From Rhizaria sp. SCN 62-66 (taxonomy: Eukaryota): 64,000 nt of DNA. Below the pieces are notes generated by a model, which was not told the origin of the DNA, made no database searches, and saw nothing but the letters and a program-made list of their open reading frames with translations. Shown piece by piece: positions 40,501 through 50,454 of the stretch (positions are counted from its first letter, which is position 1; the number at the start of each line of letters is the position of its first letter). The stretch spans positions 1 to 64,000 of the forward strand of contig MEDY01000049.1 in assembly GCA_001724265.1 (NCBI GenBank). The letters run 5' to 3'. Made by a program: the position numbers and the translations under genes.

Positions 40501-41332
40501 GGCTCCCAGTAGCAGTGGTGGTAGCGGGATGTTGAACAGCAGTCGGACTCGTCGCAGCAGTGTTGAGACGCCTGATGTCGACGTGGAAGTCTCTGCAGCA
40601 GTGAGCGCGAGCACTGTGGGGAGCACTCCCGCGTCTGTGCTACACTCGTTGCGCGGGCAAGACTCTCAAATGGGCAGTGGCAAGCGTAGTAGTGGCTCAA
40701 TTGCCGCCTCTGCGAACAGTAGAGGCTCCGGCTCCAACGCTCAGCTGACGAAACTCGTCCAGGACATTAACACAAACAGCAAAGCGAACAACTTGAACGC
40801 GACTGCAAACTCGCTGGTGTCGCTCTTCTCCCCCGTTGCTAACGCGAGCACAAGCAACAACAGTAGTTTGACTGCAAGTGGCAATGCGGGCGCCAGTCAC
40901 GCGGGAGCCACCGGTGGATCCAGCTCCAGCTCCGGGTCAGGCTATGCGTTGCCGATGGATATTCAAATGCATCTGCGCCCCATGTTTGCATCGCCCACTA
41001 CTGATCCTACTCATGCTCACTCCAATGTGAGCCACAACATCGCTTTCAGCGGGCACAGCAGCAGTGAACTTGACGGTATCTCCACTGCTTTGTTGATGTC
41101 AACCCCCTTGATCGCGGCTCATAGCACCGCTGCTGCGGGCGGCCGCAAGGGTGTGGCGAACAGTAATGTTAATGTGAACGCTGGAGCTGTGGGCACCACT
41201 CCTCAGTTTGCGAGCGGCCGGTTGTATCTCTCTCCGGCTGAACGCAACGCTTTGCCGGTGCCGTTGTCAAAGCTGCAGAAGAACTTGGCTGAGATCATGC
41301 AAGGAGCAGGTAGTGCGGGTGGCAACGCGTAA
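28577..41332 (+). CDS. Giant single-exon protein (~4,251 aa if TAG is sense) with IQ calmodulin-binding motifs and PGP/SHIPPO-like repeats
   Basis: Track ORFs 28520-29158, 29255-32722 and 32726-41332 share one frame and are separated only by TAG (29156-58, 32720-22). There is no AT-rich spacer, and the two downstream pieces lack ATG starts. IQ motifs AAARIQRRWR, AASLIQRVFR and ILTCQRAVRRFL (~36460-36950). GPGRYDV at ~34424. Ends in TAA followed by an AT-rich 3' region. Confidence 0.8.
29156..29158 (+). other. In-frame TAG, inferred sense (Gln)
   Basis: GAG AAA GCG TAG CCC ACG TTC...; the frame stays open for more than 1,180 further codons. Confidence 0.75.
32720..32722 (+). other. In-frame TAG, inferred sense (Gln)
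   Basis: GAC GGC AGC TAG CCT GTG TCC...; the frame stays open for ~2,870 further codons. Confidence 0.8.
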
Positions 41333-42153
41333 TCCTGCTTTTGTTGTTGTTATTAAATATTAACCTATGAATGTAATACTAATAGGCCTATTTTGCGATG
41401 TGAACGAATATTTGACTGCCAGAATTTAGTCTTGATTATCAATACAGCTGTTTTATTTTGACTTTGTTCAGTTCAGTCCATCCATTTTTCGTTATGTCCA
41501 AGCCAGAGTTGTATTAAATTTGGTTTTGAGCAAAGTGCAATGCGAGGCAACATTGACAAGAAATACAATAATCAAATCAAAAAATATACAAGATATAACA
41601 TTTGCAACTCTTTTTGGGGTGAAAAGTTGAGCTAGATGTACTAGTACCAACATACGTACGTGTTACGTGTATTAATATTAATACCAATAAGCTTATTTTT
41701 AATAGTAGTAATCAGCAAGAAACACACACTTGACCATGCGGTCATCTGCTTTTTGTGTTCTTTTCACGCTGGCTGTTTATATGTTTTGTGCATATCTTGA
41801 GTGATTTCAAGCAATGTCTGTGACATGCATGCACCCGATCACCAGGCTTCCTGAGCCGAACACGCTGCTAATAATACAGTGTTTTTCTCTGTTTCTTGGA
41901 CAGCTTCGCAAAATCAAGGAAGACAATTAGGTAAGATAATCTCGATGACATCTCCATATATCCAACTATAAACCAGCATAATTGATATAGTTCACCTTTT
42001 TGATTCTCATATTCAAACTTAACTTTGTGTATCAAATTTGGGGTCTTGTAAACATCACACTGAATCTTCCGCTGCTAACTTGCACAACATCTCGTACCCT
42101 GTTGTGAAGGACTCAAAGGCAGGGAACTAAGGCAAAAGCAGACGACCCACGGG

Positions 42154-44931
42154 ATGTCAAGTAATAATGCTGTTGAATTGTGCGTATCTGATCAGGGTAC
42201 TGCTGCGCGTGAAAGCATGAGTGGTAGCGACTTTCACGAGACCCTGAGCATACCCAACCTGCCGTTTTCGGACTTCCGCATTGTCGATCTGGCTGACCGC
42301 GGTGGCTATTCAGCCGTCTATCGCGCTGTCTACACACCCAGCGGCGGCAAACCAGCCACTGTGGCGCTCAAGGTGCTAAACGCACATGCTGATATCATAC
42401 ACAGCAATAAGGCTGTCATGGGTGAGTTGCAGATTCAATACGGACTGCGATCAACCCATGTTGTGCGTTGTCACGGTGTCACTGTGACAAAAACAATGAC
42501 TGGCGCATTCACCAATGGAAAAACCACTCCAAATGTTGATGGTAGTGGTGAAGACAAGTTCGTGATCGTGATGGAGTACCTCTAGGGTGGCTCGCTCAGT
42601 CGGCTTCTGGCACACCCCAAATACCGCACATTATCTAGCGAGGCACGCGTTTGGCTGGCAAAGCAAGTCACGAGCGCGGTTCGCACATTATCTGCTCAAA
42701 ACATTGTGCACGGAGACATTAAACCCTTGAACTTCCTCTGGGGTGTCGACGCCGATGACACGCGGCCGCTTGTCAAGATTTCCGATTTTGGCAACTCGAA
42801 GCTTCACGCGACGATGATGAGCATGTCAATTGCGCTTTCTACGAGTACGCCAGACTCTCACAATGTGCAATAGCCTTGAATATCAGCATTACGGTTGCGT
42901 TGATCTTGGTTTTATTTCACACTTGCAAGTTGTATCCATATGTTCTTTCTTCATTTGCACCCGATCTTAGACTCAGTCAACGGTACGGTGTCCTGTATGG
43001 CTCCGGAGTTGCTCACTGGCCGTTATCAACATAACTCAAAAACAGATATCTATGCTTTAGCAATGACGCTGTTTGAAATTGCATTTGGCGTCACGCCTTT
43101 TCTGCGCATGTCGAACAGTTCCATCATGGCATTGGTCACCAGTGGCAGCCGGCCCACGCTCGACATCACAGATTACAATGGCGACGCGCAGCCTGAGTTG
43201 CTGCCTGGCACAGCACCCTCGCCAGAAATCACCGCGCTAATTCGCGACTGCTGGGATGGTGAGCGTGACCGGCGGCCGTCGATCGACACGATCGTTGATC
43301 GGCTCGAAGCCATGCCAAGCGATGAAGTCGCTGAAGTCGCTGCTCGCAACTTCATGCTGCACGTCCTCGGACGCGAGCCGTCCGCACAGCTGCAACAGCA
43401 GCAGCCGCGCGTACCTCCGCATGTGCCCCCGCGGCCGGCTATGAAGCCAGCGCCAAAGCCCAATCCGATTGCGGCTCCATCAGATTCATCTCACGGCTCA
43501 CAAACTTCCGAGGAGTGTTCGACTGCTTTGCGGAATACCCAGGACGCGGGTTTCGCATCACAAGTTGTGTCAGCCCCTTCTTTGGCTGCAAATAATTTGG
43601 TATTGCCTTCGCCTGCGCTATCTCTTGTAGCATCGACGGAGAGTCCGTCCTCCGCATCATCATGTCTGTCAGCTTCTCGGGCCGAGTCCAGTAGTTCGGG
43701 AGACTCCGCTGCTTCTACAACAGCTCTGCGTGATCACTTGTTGCAACAACAACTTGATCTTGTGCTTATCCCGTTGAGGGCACCTGCACCTTCCGACCAG
43801 GCAGAGGAGCTGTATGCTACAGGGTTGGAGCTGGTTCGGAAAAGCCCTCAGGGCTACGAGTTGTTAAGGGGTATCGATACACTTGCCCAGGCAGCCAACA
43901 TGGGCCATCAGGACGCCATACGCTAGACAGTACTGTTTTGTTCGCGGCCGCAACATGGAAAGTACAATATCCCACTTGCAATGAGGTGGATGAAAGGGCT
44001 GGCTAATAATAGTATAAGTGGCTGCTACGAGTACGGACTCTGGTTAATGGCGCGGCAACTCAATCTTGATGAGGCCGAGGTCAACCTGCGCCGTGCTAGT
44101 AATGCTGGACACCCACGGGCTGATGGTGCGCTTGCAGCTCTTGATGCGCTCCGGATTGAAACAGATGCAGTGACAGATCTGAGTGATAGCCAACACAAAG
44201 AGCTCGTAACGCGTCTTCGCTCGGGCGTCCAGAGCGGTGATCCGGCAGCCGCGTACATGCTGGGTCGTGCAATGTACAACGGTTATTTGGGTCTCTCGAA
44301 GGACCAAGATACTGGCCATGCGTTGATGATGCGTGCAGGTCGGGCCACCGAAGGCGAGTACTTCTACGGCCCCGCAGCGGCTTATTACAGCCAGAACGGG
44401 AAATCTTTGCCGCACACAATAGCGGCGGCCGAGGCTGGGGTCGTGGAGGAACAACTGTGGCTTGGCAAGCACCTCACCGAGACCGGGAGTGATGTCGAAG
44501 GGTTGGGGTGGCTGCACGTCGCTGCTGACGCGGGCAACGTGCATGCGTTGATTCGACTTGCTGAGATCAGCTACAACGGACGCTGTGGCCAGCCAGTAAG
44601 CAAGGAGAACTCGTACCACTACGCAGTGCGTGCTAACGCAACAGGTCAGCCGGAGGGTGTAGCTGAGCTCGCAATGCACTACATCCTGGGAGTGGGTGTG
44701 GATGCGAATCAGGAGCTCGGCGTTCGATTGCTGCAAGATACTTCAACACGCACGGAAAATAACGAGGCAATATATTTGTTGGCTATATGCTACATCAACG
44801 GCTGGGGAGTTCAGCGTGACATCGAGACCGCGAAAACGTGGTTGAGGCGGACTCGTGAGTATCCCAAGGCACAACGCATGCTGTTCAGGATTGAGTGGTC
44901 TTCAAGTGACTTCACTACCAAGGTCTTCTGA
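42154..44931 (+). CDS. Tyrosine-kinase-like (TKL) protein kinase with C-terminal Sel1-like repeats (~883 aa, 2 exons, two in-frame TAG)
   Basis: Exons 42154-42844 and 42971-44931; intron GTACGC...TTAG, phase 1. Motifs RGGYSAVY, VALK, VMEYL*GGSL, IVHGDIKPLN, KISDFG, GTVSCMAPE, DIYALAM, CWDGERDRRPS. Sel1 repeats (AAYMLGRAMYNG, ALIRLAEISYNG, AIYLLAICYINGWGVQRD). TAG at 42583-85 and 43924-26; stop TGA. The 5' end may extend further upstream. Confidence 0.88.
42583..42585 (+). other. In-frame TAG at the kinase hinge (MEYL*GGSL), inferred Gln
   Basis: ATG GAG TAC CTC TAG GGT GGC TCG CTC. The catalytic loop and DFG follow in frame. Confidence 0.85.
43924..43926 (+). other. In-frame TAG inside a Sel1 repeat, inferred Gln
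   Basis: GHQDAIR*TVLFCSRPQHGKYNIPLAMRW: 18 open codons link it in frame to ORF 43981-44931. Confidence 0.8.
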
Positions 44932-45630
44932 GATACATACGAAGCAAGATATATTCGCTAAAGAGTAGTATATGGGGTATGATTGACGCGCAGTTGATGA
45001 TTATATTGACGCACATGTTGACCTTAGGGCGTTAGGAGCAGGTTCAATGACTTTGCAAAACCCTTGGGTGTAGAAAAGACAACAAGTACTGAACAGTCTG
45101 AACAGTAACTGCAATGATAGTGACTGAAAGGTGAGGCTACACAGAAAATTCAAATGGCGATATCGACGCCGTACTCACTAATGCGTTTACAACACGAGGC
45201 ATGCAACAAATGTTTGCCTCTTCCACTGTTAAAAAAAGAAGAGGAAATGAATATCAAGACGAAAAGTAAGAAGATTAGGAAAGGGGGTGAACGTTTTAAC
45301 ACAAACGAACATTAAGTTACGTTGAACACCAGGCAAGTGATGCTTGGTAAAAACAAAGAGTGGATAAGAATGGTAGTCAATACATGTAGATCAATACACT
45401 TTATTTTATGAGTTCTGCATCGACCGAAATGAACATCATCATTGATGTTTGACTGATCCACTGAGTGTTGCACTCACACCATCATCGCCACATACTATCA
45501 ACCCAACAACCACATGGACATATCTACAACAGAAATATAAAGTCGTGAGTCATCGTAGCTGACCCGAATATTGACTGACCGTGGCTGGCAGGCAGTAGTC
45601 GCAGTCGTAGTACGAATAGGGTAATTACCC

Positions 45631-46269
45631 TCAGTCGACTTTCTTGCTTCCGCCGGTGCCAGTCTTCTTCACACCAACACTCGCACCCGCACTGCCGCTA
45701 CTCTCCAGCACCTCATTCCTCGACGCGCTACTGCTCTTGGCCTCAACAGCGCCGTCGGTGGACTTAGCAGCCTTGGCAGCCTTGGCCGCCGCGTCGGCCG
45801 CCGCGAGGTCCCGTTCCATCCGCGCCTCACGCGCCTCGATCTCGGCCTTCTCCGCCGCGCTCAGCGGCTTGCTCGCCGCGGCGCCGGCGCCGGCGCCATT
45901 GTTGAACTGCGAGAGGTCAATGGGCGCAAAGGCCTTGCCGATGAAGAAGCGCACGACGGCCTGGCCTAGCTGGTTGGCCACGGCGGTGAAGAGATCGCGA
46001 TCGTAAGAGCCCTAGGAGAACCAGTTGAAAAGCAGCGAGACAAGAAAGCTGCTGCCGTACATGTAGTACACGTCGCGGTCCTTTGACGTAGCGAGCGCGA
46101 CGAGGGAGAGCAGGACCCAGAGCGCGAGCGTGGCGTGCTGGCAGTGTAGGAAGACGCTCCACGCGTAGACCTGGCTGTCGTAGAGCAGCACGGCTGTGAG
46201 GATGAGCGCAAGAATAATGCCGTGGAGGCCCATGCCAAACAAGGCAAAGACAAGGCGGTGGTCGACCAT
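45631..46269 (-). CDS. Small multi-pass membrane protein (~212 aa) with a charged C-terminal tail; one in-frame TAG
   Basis: MVDHRLVFALFG... has about three hydrophobic segments, then NWFS*GSYDRDLFTAVANQLG joins ORF 46269-46012 to ORF 45981-45631 in frame. Stop TGA. The start codon is uncertain because an upstream intron is possible. Confidence 0.7.
46012..46014 (-). other. In-frame TAG, inferred sense (Gln)
   Basis: TGG TTC TCC TAG GGC TCT TAC GAT CGC; coding-type GC3 codon usage continues on both sides. Confidence 0.75.
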
Positions 46270-46676
46270 TCGAGTGGCACGGGTCGCAGGGATACAACTG
46301 CTACGGGCGGCTGACGCGACAACAAGGAGAGTGCGAGAAGAATCAAAAGATCAGTTTGAGGAGGATTCTTGCAAAGTAACACAAGTGTGAGAAATAGAAA
46401 ATATACAAGACATCATAGTAAGTACGATTACAAGGTCTTGCTTGTAGGTACTGATGAAGTCACCCGATGCGAGGTTTAATAATGCGCCAGAGGATAGAGC
46501 AGTTGACTGGTGGTTGCCTTGGTGTTTGAATCGGCGACCTTACCAATCCTAGATATCGGTGGTTCTTCCGTCAGTCCAACTGTGACCCCGGATACAGATG
46601 TTAAACACATCTTATACTACCTTCTCTAAAATTCTTCTTTCTAAATCCATGTTTCTGTTGTAGTATCCTTCTTAGA

Positions 46677-47894
46677 ATGTTCGACGAGGTAAACGTTGAA
46701 CAGGTCGCCAACTCGGCAGGCCCCGCCATGCCTTCCCGGCCCCGTCGTGTACGTCTCATGATCTCGAGCTTTAACAGCACATTTGCGATTAGCGCTACAC
46801 TTTTTATTCCGATGTTTCTGTCTGCATCACGCACCACTCATGTTCTATTTCTTCTTATTTTCGCATTCGGTAACAGCCGCGCCCCACGGCCGAGACGTCG
46901 GGCTGGGACGACGCGGCCCCCGCTGCCGCGGCCCCGAACGCCGCCGCCGCCACCGCGCCTGCGTCCGCTGGCTACGCTCAACAGCAGCATTAGCAGCAGC
47001 AGCATCAGCCGACTGCGGCCTCTGTGGCTGCTGGTGGCGCCGCAACCTTCGGCCGCCGCGCCGGTGGTGCCAATGCCAATGACGCCTTCAATAAGTACGC
47101 AGTCAAACGTGTTTTTAATCAACGCGATGACTAACATGATTAAAGTACTCCACGATAACGTTTTCTTTGACTGTCTCAACTCTAGTTGTCCTTATCAGCT
47201 GTGAATCGCTTGGCTCCACTCACATCCAACTGCTTCCTTGCCTGTTTCCCATCCTAACGATTCCGCCTTGCGACTCTGTCACTGCTGCTACCGCTGCTGC
47301 TGCTGCTGATGCTGTTGCGATTACAGCTCTGGCGACAGGTTTGGCCAGTCCCGCGGCACCCAGAACCAGCACGACCTCGCCGACGACGATGCCAGCTTCC
47401 GCAACAACAACAACAACAGCGGCGGTGGGATCAACGGCAACAACGATGACGGCGGTATCATGAACATCCCGACGCTCGACGACGCGGACCACGTCCCCGA
47501 GCTGGGTTCCGGCGCGCCTGCGGCGGCCGAGGCGCCCCAGGGCTGGACGGCCTCGGTGCTAACTCTCGCCGACCTCGACGGAAGCGGCGGCGGCGGCCTC
47601 GCGTCCAGTCACAGCGCCGGCGCCGGGGTGGGCGCGGGCGGGCCCGGCGGCGGCGCCCCGCTGACGGCGCGCGGCGGCATGGCGGGTGGGCTGGCGGCGC
47701 TGCCCACGGTCACCCCCGAGGGCGTCGACCTGTCGCTGCTCAAGGACGCGCTCCTGGCGCCCAGTCTCGTCGCCGAGGGCGAAGAGCGCTGGGGCTTCGA
47801 CGCCGTGCTGGGACAGGTCATGCTGCGGCTCGGCGGGGATGGCGCGGACGCCGCAGAGGAGGCCGCGGCGGGCAGTGGCAAGGCGCGCCGGTGA
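46677..47894 (+). CDS. IFT43: Intraflagellar transport protein 43 (IFT-A subunit), ~285 aa, 3 exons, one in-frame TAG
   Basis: Exons 46677-46748, 46877-47094 and 47327-47894 (858 nt, phases consistent). Motifs SGWDD, FGRRAGG, IPTLDD, AEAP, LTLADLD, EGVDLSLL..LLAP..V.E.EERWGFD match my recollection of the IFT43 family. Stop TGA. Confidence 0.85.
46991..46993 (+). other. In-frame TAG within a polyglutamine tract of IFT43 exon 2
   Basis: CAA CAG CAG CAT TAG CAG CAG CAG CAT CAG = QQQH*QQQHQ, 38 codons after the exon-2 acceptor. Confidence 0.85.
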
Positions 47895-48383
47895 TGATCA
47901 CACTTGCTCTTTGAGATACCAGAAACACATTTTGTGGAATACGGCCAGGTTACTGATCCGATATCAACATGATATTATGATATGATACATAAATACACTC
48001 AACTCGCATTATACGTTGAATTAAATAATGCAAGTCACTATTCGGGTGATATATGCTTCCTTTCGACTCTTGTTCGAGACTTACAGCGCTGACCTCGCTT
48101 GCCAAGTGGTTGTGGTGGCTGACCGAGGGTAGGTCCGAGTGAAGGTCCGAGTATGCTATCGGCAATGCTTAAGCATGCGTCTATCAGTCGTTGATGACAC
48201 GCAGCACCACGCTAAAAAGTTGTAATACGTCCGCGACCACTTATTCCCTTTATTATATTCTTTGATTCAACGTCTATACTCACTTATGCTCTTTGCCGTG
48301 CGCGACCTCTTGACTCCACAGCTTTCGCCTCCTCCCCACTCTTTGGCTTCCACCCGCGCACCCCCGCCACACTCAATAGCATC

Positions 48384-49852
48384 ATGGGCAAGTTCGCCCA
48401 ACTCGTTGTCGGTCCCGCCGGCGCTGGCAAGGTTCGTTACCTCCCTAAACATTGCTTATCCAATGATATCTCACTCTCCTCGTAAACGTTCTCTATCGTT
48501 CTCGCCGTGGCTCACTTCTTACATACACTCTCTCGTTTCCTTATTTGATTCCCTCTTTCCCTCGGCCCACCGCTCCGCAGTCGACCTACTGCAAAGCCCT
48601 CGCGACGCACTTCGAGGCGATCCACCGCCCCGCGCACATCGTGAACCTGGACCCCGCGGCCGAGGCGTTCGACTACCCCGTCTCGGTGGACATCCGGGAC
48701 ATGATCCAACTCGACGACGTCATGGACGAGCTCGGCCTGGGCCCCAACGGTGGGCTCATTTACTGCATGGAGTACATGGTCAAGAACTTCAGCTGGTTTG
48801 AGGACCAGATCGACGACTACAGCGACGACTACCTCGTCATCGACTGCCCTGGGCAGATCGAACTCTACACGCACCTGCCTGTGATGCGCACCTTCGTCTC
48901 CAACCTCAAGCGCATGGGCTACCAGATGTGCGCTGTGTACCTCATGGACTCCTTTCTTATTACCGACCCCACGCGGTACGTTGCAGTCTCCGCACCGCTG
49001 AAAACTGAACGCATTTGCTGAACTGAACGCGCTTTGTCTTCTTTATGCCAATCATGTAGGACTTTTGCATTGAACAAGTTTTTGAATTGTCGCTATTGCA
49101 TTTGCTCGCCGCTAATCTCACCCTTGTTTCTTTTGTTTTTCTGCTTTGTGTCTGCCTTGCTTTTGCATGGCTTCTGCTTCATTTGCTTCTCCCTGCGTAG
49201 CTTCCTGTCGGGCTCGATGATGTGCATGTCTGTGATGGCTCAGCTCGAGCTGCCGCACGTGTCAATCCTGTCCAAGTGCGACCTGCTGCCCGACAAGTCC
49301 GCGCTCGACAACGTGCTGGAGCCAGACACGCACAGTCTGCTCCAGTCACTCAACTGTATGTCGCATAGTGCACTCGCACTCACATCGCACTCGAACAAAC
49401 ACCATTATACTGCTGTAACACTGCCACACTTTATATGTCGACGTAGATGTTGTGATATGGTCTGGAAACATATTGCACACAATAGATGCGCCAGATAATA
49501 TATTCTCATTGGACTTGCTTTGTATTATTGTATCCATGTAAACATAACCCATATTCACTGTTCTCACCTACCACCTGTCCACTTGCTGCTTTTCTTTATG
49601 TTGTTTCTGCACTTCTCGTGTTTAGCCGAGTCCCACGCGGCGATGCGCCCGCTGAACTCGGCGATCGCGGAGCTGGTGGAGGAGTACTCGATGGTGGCTT
49701 TCACGCCCCTCGATGTGACTGACGAGGACAGCGTCGAGAAGGTCCTCAGCATCGTCGACACGGCGATGCAGTACGGCGAGGACACCGAGCCCCGCGACCT
49801 GCTGCCCGAGGAGGGCGGTATGGACGCGCTCGACGGAGGGGACAACTTCTGA
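48384..49852 (+). CDS. GPN3: GPN-loop GTPase 3 (~274 aa, 4 exons)
   Basis: Exons 48384-48431, 48581-48975, 49201-49355 and 49626-49852 (825 nt). Motifs MGKFAQLVVGPAGAGK|STYC, VNLDPAAE, LGLGPNGGLIYCMEY, IDCPGQIELYTH, ILSKCDLL, QYGEDTEP. Stop TGA. Confidence 0.95.
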
Positions 49853-50454
49853 GTTTGTCTCGTTTGTGAGAGAGAGGCTGTCAGGCGAGTTCAGTGAGCT
49901 GGTGAGCGATGCATCATAAGAAGAACTGTCACTCTTGTGTCTGGCCAGGTAACGTGTATCTTGCGCTACTATGCATGGAAGATGCAATTATAGATATGTT
50001 TTATAATACAGACAACTAATATATACTCTCCATTGGAAAGCCTTTTCAACACAAGGAACAAACAGAATAACCGTTGACCGCGACACTATTATTATTGACA
50101 GCTAACCAGTGGTACGTCCTACTCCCCTCCAAAGCGACGTGCCGTGAGGCGACGAACTTTGATCCAGATATTGACGATAGTGCGATCGTCCAAGTGAACT
50201 GCTGTCAAATTGGCACAATCCTTTATTTGCTTCATATATGATTTGTAACTTTAAATGTGCATGATCGCTGTTTATTGTTCTCGGTTGCGTGTCTTTATCT
50301 GGTGGATCCAAGGTTGATTTGCTCGCCCTCAAACCCTATTTTCGTGGTCGATCCCACTCTCCAGTTGAAACTCACTACATCATTCTCTTGTTGTTTTACG
50401 CACATTGCCTTGTATCATTTGCCCCCATAGCACTTTGCAGCTTTCTTGAGCCTC

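Noticed and set aside
41669-41684. Perfect 16-bp palindrome GTATTAATATTAATAC
   Set aside because: AT-rich and single copy; plausible by chance in a low-complexity spacer.
41814-42110. Possible upstream kinase exon (41904-41930, ending TAG|GTAAGA) and ATG at 41814
   Set aside because: The phase from that ATG does not match the likely acceptor at ~42109. It may be a 5' UTR intron and cannot be resolved without cDNA.
42871-42873. A further in-frame TAG after the kinase DFG motif
   Set aside because: It lies inside the inferred intron 42845-42970, so it is not counted as evidence for recoding.
44932-45630. Search for a suppressor tRNA or C/D snoRNA in this and other spacers (ATGATGA on the minus strand near 45440)
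   Set aside because: No cloverleaf or T-loop context and no matching D box seen by eye; needs tRNAscan-SE or Infernal.
29156-46993. Pyrrolysine, programmed readthrough or A-to-I (UAG to Trp) explanations
   Set aside because: Pyrrolysine is not known in eukaryotes, there is no shared 3' readthrough context, and the polyQ and kinase-hinge contexts fit Gln rather than Trp.
42154-47894. Interpretation as a cluster of pseudogenes with premature stops
   Set aside because: Every interruption is TAG, with no TAA, TGA or frameshift. Catalytic motifs and splice phases are intact, and no gene ends in TAG. Not formally excluded without reads or RNA data.
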